32,000 bases of DNA from Nitratidesulfovibrio vulgaris str. Hildenborough. Lineage in GTDB: Bacteria > Desulfobacterota > Desulfovibrionia > Desulfovibrionales > Desulfovibrionaceae. The stretch lies in NCBI RefSeq assembly GCF_000195755.1, contig NC_002937.3, forward strand, positions 2,580,001 through 2,612,000. The letters run 5' to 3'. Positions 18,213 through 25,256 of this stretch are shown here, one piece after another. The notes under the pieces are model-generated. The model was not told the origin of the DNA and searched no databases. It saw nothing but the letters and a program-made list of their open reading frames with translations. How positions within the stretch are numbered: position 1 is the first letter of the stretch; each line of letters starts with the position of its first letter. Position numbers and translations under genes: made by a program.

Positions 18213-19400
18213 TCAGTCTTCGCTGGAGGTATCGCCAAGGTCGAGCACGTGTCTGCCCAGGACATAGTGCATGAGACGGGGGCGCTGGGCCGATTCCTCC
18301 AGCGCGGCGATGATACGCTGGATGCGACGCGATGAACGCAGCACGCCGTCGATGTACTCGGTGAGCATGAGCGTATCGAGGCGGGTGAGTTTCTCCTGCA
18401 ACCTGTCGGCATGGGCGCGGGCAGGGGCGTCTTCGGGCAGCAGGTCACGCAGGGCCTGCATCTCCGTCGTGGCGTCCTCCCACTCGTCGTGCATGTCGTC
18501 GAGGAGTTCGGCGCAGAGTTCACCGTAGTTGCGCAGGATGGCGAGGGCGTTGTTGCCGTGGTGAGCGACGGCACCTGCCGCCTTTTCCAGCGCGTCACGG
18601 GCCACGGCGAGGCGACGCCCCGTGGTGAGGGCCACGATGCGGGCGCACTTCGCGAGAAAACGTGCGTCGTAGCCGTCGAACCCGCCCTCCTGTTCGGAAT
18701 ACAGGAGCACGAGCCCGAAGGGGGCCTTGTCCTTGCGCTCGCGCAGCACGAAGGCAAGCCGTGAGCGACACCCTGCCTTGTAGGCCATGCAGTCGAACGA
18801 CTCGCCACCACGGTCCATGCCGCGCAGGTCGTTGGAGACGACGTGTCGCGTCCCGTCGCAGACTGCACGCATGACAGGATGCCCGGCAAGCCCCTCCTCG
18901 AGGATGGGCGAGAAGATGGGTACGGCGCCGCCATCGGGCCTGTCGGAGGCCACAACCCGCCAGTCTCCGTCCGCATCGCGCAGGCGGCACACGAAGAGGT
19001 CTGCCCCGAAAAAGCGGACGAGGGTCTGGGCACTCTGCCGCAACGCCTCTTCGGGCGGCACCATCTCCTCAGCGACGCCAAGCAGTTCGTTGGTGACGCG
19101 AATGAGCGGTTCCATATCATGACGCATGGCCGCCACGTCGCCCAGAAGCCCCAGAAGGTCGCGCCAGCCCTGTACGGGGCCCTTGCCCGCATTGGGGCGG
19201 TGCCCGCGCTTCATGGCCGTATGGACGGGAGGCAACAGGGCTATGATGGCCCTGCGAACATCTTCAGGAGCGCTCTCAAGCCAAAGCACGAATGCGTCGT
19301 GGAGCATCGTCCCGTCAGGACGGCATTCCGCACCGGTTCTGGACGAGGTTTTCACTCTGAAGGCTTCGTGTAAGGACAAGCATGCATCGTCAGCAGACAT
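18213..19400 (-). CDS. GAF-domain protein with a histidine-kinase-like H-box (DHp) but no recognisable ATPase domain
   Basis: 395-aa ORF; alternative start ATG at 19307. The central region FGADLFVCRLRDADGDWRVVAS...GHPVMRAVCDG...RSRLAFVLRERKDKAPFGLVLLYSEQEGGFDGYDARFLAKCARIVA follows the GAF pattern. AAGAVAHHGNNALAILRNYGEL (His codon at 18561-18563) resembles the GxAHxxNNxLxxIxGxxEL H-box. Only 116 aa follow, with no N/G1/G2 boxes. Confidence 0.65.
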   Translation of the reverse strand: MSADDACLSLHEAFRVKTSSRTGAECRPDGTMLHDAFVLWLESAPEDVRRAIIALLPPVHTAMKRGHRPNAGKGPVQGWRDLLGLLGDVAAMRHDMEPLIRVTNELLGVAEEMVPPEEALRQSAQTLVRFFGADLFVCRLRDADGDWRVVASDRPDGGAVPIFSPILEEGLAGHPVMRAVCDGTRHVVSNDLRGMDRGGESFDCMAYKAGCRSRLAFVLRERKDKAPFGLVLLYSEQEGGFDGYDARFLAKCARIVALTTGRRLAVARDALEKAAGAVAHHGNNALAILRNYGELCAELLDDMHDEWEDATTEMQALRDLLPEDAPARAHADRLQEKLTRLDTLMLTEYIDGVLRSSRRIQRIIAALEESAQRPRLMHYVLGRHVLDLGDTSSED

Positions 19401-19737
19401 CGGTGAATCCCGGGCGAAAAGCCCATGAAAAAAAGAAAGCGCGACGTTTCAATGTTGGCAAGATGCGACAGAAGGAACCGCTACGTGTCCACCGGCTGTG
19501 AACGGACTCTCGCACTGCTCTTGCGCCACGGCATGATACCGTCATGGCGAGCGCCTCCCGACGGAGGGGTAAAAGCAAGACGATGCGCGGCTTCTGACGA
19601 CATCCTGTGCAGCTTCGCGCCCGCCCCGATGCGGTCGCGCCAGCGATGCACACAGGGCACTGGACCCGTTTCGTCGCGTGCATCACCTGTCACAGAACGC
19701 AGCCATGGTCAAGCCGATGCCACGGCCCGCGTCGGCT

Positions 19738-19797
19738 GCGAACCTGCCGGTTGCGAACCTGCCGGTTGCGAATCTGCCGGTTGCGAATCTGCCTGCA
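19738..19797. repeat. Tandem direct repeat, 4 x 15 bp (GCGAAYCTGCCGGTT)
   Basis: Units at 19738-19752 and 19753-19767 (identical), 19768-19782 (one C>T change) and 19783-19797 (3' end diverges: GCGAATCTGCCTGCA). It lies in the 745-bp gap between divergent genes. Confidence 0.9.
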
Positions 19798-20145
19798 TGG
19801 CACCGACGTGCAGAGGATGTCTTCAGTCCCGCACGCCTTTGTCCGAACCACCTACAAGATAATCCTTTCCGGCACATTGTCACGACAGGAAGTATGCGGA
19901 TACCGGACAGCCCCCGTCCACGGCGCGGCCACCTGATGGAACCGCCCACCGATGACCGCAACGCCTCCTCCGGGTCACAGCGGGTGCAGTCCGTCCCGCC
20001 ACAGCCGTGCACTTCCGGCGTATGGCCCTGTTTCCTGCCGCACCCGTTCCGAATCCGTGCCATGCCTCGCGTACGAAGGTTGCGGCGATACTTCACCATT
20101 GCTATGGTGAATGTCTACCCGCCACTTCGGCAGCAGGAGACGCAC

Positions 20146-20436
20146 ATGGCCGCCCCCGATGATAAGTTCATGGTCGAAGGCGTAGACCTTTCCCGCACCC
20201 GCAACCGCAACGAAATACGGGTGGTCAAGGCCATCCGCACGGTCCTCGGCGAACCGCCCGTCTACACGCCTGACCCCAAAGACATACAGGACATCTACGC
20301 GCTGGCGCTCAATGCCCTGCCCCCGCGTTACGCGCAGCACGGTACCATCGTCCTGCGCGACCCGGTGCGCGACGAACAGATTCTCGAAGCCGTGCGCGAC
20401 GCCTTCATCCGGGTCATGGAACACCCCAAGGCGTGA
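20146..20436 (+). CDS. ComFB-like small protein (96 aa), lacking cysteines
   Basis: The ATG at 20146 follows AGGAGA (20135-20140) with a 5-nt spacer. IQDIYALALNALPPRYAQHG matches the hallmark ALN.LPP.Y block of the late-competence ComFB family. The track ORF extends 468 nt further upstream (GTG at 19678) with no SD and an Arg/Pro-rich translation. Confidence 0.6.
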   Translation: MAAPDDKFMVEGVDLSRTRNRNEIRVVKAIRTVLGEPPVYTPDPKDIQDIYALALNALPPRYAQHGTIVLRDPVRDEQILEAVRDAFIRVMEHPKA

Positions 20437-20812
20437 CAGCCCCCCCCAACGCCCACACAAACGGCACTGTCAGCGACGTGCTCACAGTGAAACGCCGTAC
20501 CCGGACCGTACAGTGACCACGCCATACCTGACGCCACAGGCGTCCTCGCCTGAAGCGGACGCTCCGTGCCCGTTCTTCCCGGGCCGACGGGGCAGGTAAA
20601 GTGACACGGGCGAACGGCTGGCTGTGGCGACGGGCTGACCATGACGACGGGGGCGCCCCGACGACCCGGCAGAGAGGCGAGCGCAACAGGGAACAACCTG
20701 TCGACACTCTAAAGCCAGACAGCGGGCCCGTCGGGTCGACGAGACGTACCAGGCGGAAAGGGCAGACCGTCCCCACCGTGGCGACGGGTGACAACGCTTG
20801 CGGACCAGACTG

Positions 20813-20848
20813 GCCGGGTGTACCGAACAGGCCGGATGTGCCGGACAG
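20813..20848. repeat. Imperfect tandem direct repeat, 2 x 18 bp (GCCGGRTGTRCCGRACAG)
   Basis: 20813-20830 versus 20831-20848, 15 of 18 identical. It lies about 160 nt upstream of the PHP phosphatase start, inside a 570-bp non-coding gap. Confidence 0.7.
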
Positions 20849-21006
20849 GGCCACACCGCAGGCGCCTGCCTGCACATCCCCTGCCCGAGGTCGCATACGG
20901 CAATGCGCAGACACCGCACGACGTCCCTCGCTTCCGACAACCATTCCCGGCGCATGACCACGCCACGACCGACAGGGACGCAGAGACACCGCCCCATGGA
21001 GAGACC

Positions 21007-21831
21007 ATGATCACCATCGACCTGCATACCCACACAAGCCACTCCCACGGTCAGGCGACCGTGCAGGAGATGTTCGAAGCCGGTTGCGCACGCGGCCTGC
21101 TCGTACATGGATTCTCCGAGCATTCGCCTCGACCTTCGGGGTATGACTACCCCAAGGACTACCGCGACAAGCTCACCCGCAGCTTTCCCGACTATGTGGA
21201 ACAGGTGCGCACCCTCGCCGCCACCTACGCCCCCGAACGCACCGTGCTGCTGGGCCTCGAGATGGACTGGCTGCCCGGGCAGGAACCCTTCATCGACGCC
21301 ACCATCCACCGCTACGACTATGACTACGTCATCGGTGGCATCCACTTCCTCGGCACGTGGGGGTTCGACTACACGCCCGACGACTGGCAGGGCTTCAGCC
21401 CCGAACAGACCGCCGACATCTATGTCCGCTATTTCGAGTCGTTGCGTCGCATGGCGGCCTCGGGCATGTTCGACATCGCCGCCCACCCCGACATCATCAA
21501 GATATTCAGTGCCGCGGCGTTCCACGACTGGCTGGCGACCGACAAGGCGAAAGCCGTGGTACGCGACGCCCTTGAGACGATGCATACGGCGGGCATGGCG
21601 ATGGAGATATCCTCTGCGGGATTGCGCAAGCCTTGCAAGGAAATCTACCCCTGCCCCGACATCATGCGCATGGCTGCCGACATCGGTCTGCCCGTGACCT
21701 TCGGGTCTGACGCCCACTGTGTGAACACCATCGGCTGGGGTTTCGACACACTGGCCGACTACGCAAGGGGTTTCGGGTACACCCGTAGTGTCTGGATGCG
21801 ACGGGGCGAACGATTCGAGCGTCCCTTCTGA
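21007..21831 (+). CDS. PHP-domain phosphatase, HisJ/histidinol-phosphatase family
   Basis: 274 aa from the ATG at 21007 (GGAGAG 3 nt upstream, a short spacer). MITIDLHTHTSHSHG metal-binding N-terminus, GFSEHSP, GLEMDW, IGGIHF, AHPD and FGSDAH blocks typical of HisJ-type PHP phosphatases. The track ORF's 73-aa N-terminal extension is not supported. Confidence 0.8.
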   Translation: MITIDLHTHTSHSHGQATVQEMFEAGCARGLLVHGFSEHSPRPSGYDYPKDYRDKLTRSFPDYVEQVRTLAATYAPERTVLLGLEMDWLPGQEPFIDATIHRYDYDYVIGGIHFLGTWGFDYTPDDWQGFSPEQTADIYVRYFESLRRMAASGMFDIAAHPDIIKIFSAAAFHDWLATDKAKAVVRDALETMHTAGMAMEISSAGLRKPCKEIYPCPDIMRMAADIGLPVTFGSDAHCVNTIGWGFDTLADYARGFGYTRSVWMRRGERFERPF

Positions 21832-21836
21832 ACGCC

Positions 21837-23735
21837 ATGAAACAACTGACCGTTCCTCTGGTCGTGGCCCATCGGCTTCGCGTCACTCTCGGTGGACGCA
21901 CGGCCCTCGATGGCGTCGACCTCGTGGTGCACGAAGGCGCACACCTTGCCGTGCTGGGGCCCAACGGGGCGGGCAAGTCCACGTTGCTACGCGCCCTGCG
22001 CGGCCAGATGCAGCCGGACATGCGCCACGGCGGCCGCCTGCTGTGGCGCGCCGTATCCGCCCCTGACGGGGGTGTGCCCGTATCCGGCCAGAGGCGACAC
22101 GCAGGGCAGACGGACCAGACAGGGAAGGCAGGGCACGGCGGGGCACATCCCACGCCCGGACTCTCGTCGCAGACCGACGCTGGCACGTCCGCCTGGGCGG
22201 ATTCCATCCATGGCGTGTCGTGGCAGGACACCATCCCCGCCTCCGGTCACGTCCACGGCATGGATGACGCGCCACTCACGGGCCGCGCCCTCGCCGCCCT
22301 CGTGTCTGCGGCCCAGCAGGAACAGCATGTCAGGCGAGGGTGGAACATCACAGGCGAAGAACTCGTACTCGGTGGCCTCTTCGACACGCCCATGCCCTAC
22401 GAGGAACCGACGCCGGAACAACACGCACGTCTCGCGCCCCTCATGGCACGCCTCGACGCCCACGACCTCATGCACACCGCCGTCCCCTCGCTTTCGCAGG
22501 GGCAGCTGCGGCTGTTGCTGGTCGCCCGCGCCCTGATACGTGCCCCCCGCCTGCTGCTTCTCGACGAAGTCTGCGACGGGCTGGACGCCATGGCACGTGC
22601 ACGGGTGCTCTACGCCCTGACGCAGGCCGCGGATATGGGCACGACACTGGTCGTGGCCGCCCACCGTGCCGTCGACCTGCCAGAATGCGTCGTCGACGGC
22701 ATACGGCTTCACGCCGGACGCATCGTGGCGCGTGGTCCTGCGACGTCGCTGCTTGCATCGGAAGAGACCCACGCAACGCCCCCTCCGGGCATCGACGCTG
22801 GAACCCCGCCTCACCCCGACACCGACACCGAAGAATGCTCCGGGCAATCCGCAGAGACATCACCACGTAAGGTCGGCACTCCGGATACGGCACACCCTGC
22901 CCCCCCCGACCGTCATGCAGGTACACGGCCCGGTGCGCGGCAAGGCGGCGGGCATGACGACCGGTCAGACGTCCTTCCAGATGAAGAGCACGACGGCGGA
23001 CAGGACGACATCCTCGTGCTGGTGTCGAACGCCACCGTCTTCGTGGAACGAACCCCCGTGCTGCACAACGTGGACTGGACCATCCGCCGGGGCGAGCAGT
23101 GGCTGGTGGCCGGGCCCAACGGGGCGGGCAAGTCGACGCTCCTGCGCCTGCTGGCGGGCGAGGAGTTCGCTGCAGCGGGTGGCGATGTCCGCCTCATGCC
23201 CCGGACGTGCGGCGAGGCGGCCCGTGGACTCATGGCCTTGCGCCGTCATGTTTCCATCGTATCCGACAGGTTGCAGGCCACCTACGCCTACGATGTCAGC
23301 GTGGAGGATTGTGTCCTCTCAGGTGTCGAAGGCACCATCGGCCTCTACGAACAGCCTTCTCCCGAAGAACACGACAGGGCCATGTACTGGATGGACATCC
23401 TCGGCATCACGCATCTGGCTGGCAGACACATCCGCAGCCTTTCGACAGGGCAGGCTCGCCGTGTGTTCCTTGCGCGTGCCCTGACTGGGTCTCCGGTGCT
23501 GCTTCTGCTCGATGAACCGTGTTCCGGCCTTGACGACGCAAACCGCCACGCCCTGCTGCAAACCCTTGGCACACTTACCCGCCACGGGGTGCACCTCGTA
23601 CTGGTAACACATCATGAGGCCGACATCATCCCGGAGACGACACACCGGCTGCAACTCGAAGCGGGGCGCGTCGTGCACGCCGGGCCATGGAACCCGCTCA
23701 ACGGCGGAGGCATCGCCGGGGGTGAAAGAGCATGA
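21837..23735 (+). CDS. Soluble ABC-type ATPase with two nucleotide-binding domains (ModF-like architecture) and no transmembrane domain
   Basis: 632 aa. Domain 1: GPNGAGKST, LSQGQLRLLLVARAL, LLLLDE, AAHR. Domain 2: GPNGAGKST, LSTGQARRVFLARAL, LLLLDEP, VTHH. Starts 5 nt after the phosphatase stop. Carries two low-complexity insertions. Confidence 0.85.
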   Translation: MKQLTVPLVVAHRLRVTLGGRTALDGVDLVVHEGAHLAVLGPNGAGKSTLLRALRGQMQPDMRHGGRLLWRAVSAPDGGVPVSGQRRHAGQTDQTGKAGHGGAHPTPGLSSQTDAGTSAWADSIHGVSWQDTIPASGHVHGMDDAPLTGRALAALVSAAQQEQHVRRGWNITGEELVLGGLFDTPMPYEEPTPEQHARLAPLMARLDAHDLMHTAVPSLSQGQLRLLLVARALIRAPRLLLLDEVCDGLDAMARARVLYALTQAADMGTTLVVAAHRAVDLPECVVDGIRLHAGRIVARGPATSLLASEETHATPPPGIDAGTPPHPDTDTEECSGQSAETSPRKVGTPDTAHPAPPDRHAGTRPGARQGGGHDDRSDVLPDEEHDGGQDDILVLVSNATVFVERTPVLHNVDWTIRRGEQWLVAGPNGAGKSTLLRLLAGEEFAAAGGDVRLMPRTCGEAARGLMALRRHVSIVSDRLQATYAYDVSVEDCVLSGVEGTIGLYEQPSPEEHDRAMYWMDILGITHLAGRHIRSLSTGQARRVFLARALTGSPVLLLLDEPCSGLDDANRHALLQTLGTLTRHGVHLVLVTHHEADIIPETTHRLQLEAGRVVHAGPWNPLNGGGIAGGERA

Positions 23736-23824
23736 ACATCGCCACGCGTTGCGGCTTCACCTCGCCACGCCCCGAAAGGCGCGCTGTCACCGGCAAGAGA
23801 CCCCGTCGAAGGAACAGGCCATGA
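23732..23824 (+). CDS. 30-codon bridging ORF with ATGA overlaps at both ends (possible translational relay, probably not a functional protein)
   Basis: The ATG at 23732-23734 overlaps the ABC stop TGA at 23733-23735. Its own TGA at 23822-24 overlaps the ATG at 23821 of the next gene. Translation MNIATRCGFTSPRPERRAVTGKRPRRRNRP is Arg-rich. Confidence 0.25.
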   Translation: MNIATRCGFTSPRPERRAVTGKRPRRRNRP

Positions 23825-24747
23825 ACGCCACGCGACCGCCCTCTGCTATCCATGATGGCGAGACACAGCAGACCGCCGATTGCGCTACGACCGGGGTGGC
23901 GGGACGGATAGGGGCGGCTGGACTGGCGAAGGTGAAGGCGTTGACCGCAACGCTTGAAGCTACAGGGGCGACACCCGATGCCACACTCACGAATCATCGC
24001 CACACCAGCGACATCGACGACACCCCGCACCACCTGATGCGAAGGGGCATGCCCTTCTCCCGCTGCATCCAGATAGCCGGAGTGCACGACGCGGATGAAG
24101 CCTGCCTTCTGGCACGTTGCGGCGTCCATGCCGTGGGGCTGCCCTTGCGACTGCCCGTCAACGCCGAAGACATTGACGAGGCAGCCGCCGCACGGCTAGT
24201 GGCAGGGCTTCCCCCCGTCATCACCCCGGTCGCCATCACCTACATGGACGACGCGGACGAAGCCGACGCCTTCTGCACCATGCTGGGCGTAGGTCACCTG
24301 CAACTGCACGGGGCCATCCGGGTCGATGAAATGGCGCGGCTACGCAGGCTGCGCCCCGACCTCTTCATCATCAAGAGTCTTGTGGTGCGCGAACACGGCG
24401 GGATGGACAACGGCGAGACCCTGATGGGAGATGTTCAGGCGTTCGCCCCCCATGTCGATGCCTTCATCACCGACACCTTCGCCCCGGAGACCGGGGCAAG
24501 CGGGGCCACGGGCAAGACGCACGACTGGGCCGTAAGTGCTGCGCTGGTGCGTCTTTCACCACGCCCAGTCATCCTTGCCGGAGGGTTGCACCCCGGCAAC
24601 GTGCGCGAAGCCGTTCGGCGGGTATGCCCAGCCGGAGTGGACGCGCATACGGGCGTGGAAGGCCCCGACGGGCGCAAGGACGAAGGCCTCGTGAGGCGCT
24701 TCGTGGCCGAGGCGCTGGCAGGCTTCGCCCTCATGGCAACTCCCTGA
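23821..24747 (+). CDS. Phosphoribosylanthranilate isomerase (TrpF)-like protein with an ~80-aa N-terminal extension
   Basis: The ATG at 23821 follows GAAGGAA with a 6-nt spacer. The C-terminal ~225 aa show IQIAGV, GLPLR, LQLHG, GATGKTHDW, ILAGGL.P.NV and GVDAHTGVE...GRKD blocks characteristic of TrpF. Alternative starts at 24037 and 24049 would remove the extension but have a poor SD or poor spacing. Confidence 0.7.
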   Translation: MNATRPPSAIHDGETQQTADCATTGVAGRIGAAGLAKVKALTATLEATGATPDATLTNHRHTSDIDDTPHHLMRRGMPFSRCIQIAGVHDADEACLLARCGVHAVGLPLRLPVNAEDIDEAAAARLVAGLPPVITPVAITYMDDADEADAFCTMLGVGHLQLHGAIRVDEMARLRRLRPDLFIIKSLVVREHGGMDNGETLMGDVQAFAPHVDAFITDTFAPETGASGATGKTHDWAVSAALVRLSPRPVILAGGLHPGNVREAVRRVCPAGVDAHTGVEGPDGRKDEGLVRRFVAEALAGFALMATP

Positions 24748-24826
24748 ACTTGCAAGCGGCCCGCCTTTCGGCTATTGCTTGCAGACGGCTTGAGAATTCC
24801 TGAACAAACAGGGCCAGGAGGCGGTC

Positions 24827-24901
24827 ATGGATTTCGTTTTCTTCTTTGCCGGCATTGCCGCTGTCACCGTCGCGCTGCTGTACCTCAAGTACTCCAGCTA
24901 G
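24827..24901 (+). CDS. Candidate 24-aa hydrophobic micropeptide (MDFVFFFAGIAAVTVALLYLKYSS)
   Basis: Below the ORF-track size cutoff. Canonical AGGAGG at 24816-24821 with a 5-nt spacer before the ATG. One predicted transmembrane helix. TAG stop at 24899-24901, followed 37 nt later by a strong terminator. Confidence 0.4.
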   Translation: MDFVFFFAGIAAVTVALLYLKYSS

Positions 24902-24937
24902 ACGCGACTGCGGTGCGCACGCACCTTTCGGCACTCT

Positions 24938-24973
24938 GAACGGACGGGGCAACCTGTCCGTTCCGTTTTCTTC
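24938..24973 (+). terminator. Rho-independent terminator ending the phosphatase/ABC/TrpF-like/micropeptide unit
   Basis: 11-bp stem (24938-24948 pairs with 24953-24963, one G.U pair) with a GCAA tetraloop, followed by CGTTTTCTTCC. Confidence 0.65.
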
Positions 24974-25256
24974 CGCACCTGCCCTTCATCGACAGCGGCA
25001 TGGCCACCATTCCCTGTGCACCCGGTACACTTTCCCTGTCTCCCCCGCATCCCTGACGCAATGCCCCGCCAACGCACGTTCGCTGCCTCTCCATGCCCTT
25101 TCTGGCACCATTTCCCCGTGCATCCACGCAAAGGTAACAAGCCAGTCCACCCACCGCAGAACCTTGACGCCCCTCCACCCCGGCAGTACAGGAGTTGCGC
25201 CGCATTCGCGGTGTTCGCCCTCTCTCCCCTCCCCTCACCTGCCTTACGGAGAACGC

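Noticed and set aside
19738-19797. A possible CRISPR array, or a coding pentapeptide or Cys-repeat protein
   Set aside because: The repeats are contiguous with no spacers and there are no cas genes, so it is not a CRISPR array. The coding readings (ORFs 19678-20436 and 19425-19862) lack an SD and give Arg/Pro-rich, low-GC3 or atypical translations. I kept them only as an alternative hypothesis in the findings.
19796-19812. Sigma54-like element TGGCAC-CGACG-TGCA directly after the tandem repeat
   Set aside because: The GG-to-GC spacing is 9 nt rather than the strictly conserved 10 nt, and TTGC is replaced by GTGC. It would also leave a ~340-nt leader before the ComFB-like start. It is worth testing only if a transcript start maps about 12 nt downstream.
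20482-21717. 411-aa minus-strand ORF
   Set aside because: It is antisense to the PHP phosphatase gene and runs into the non-coding gap, with no SD or motif.
24731-24952. 73-aa minus-strand ORF
   Set aside because: It has no SD and runs antisense through the terminator hairpin. The plus strand offers a canonical SD plus a short hydrophobic ORF plus a terminator, which explains the region better.
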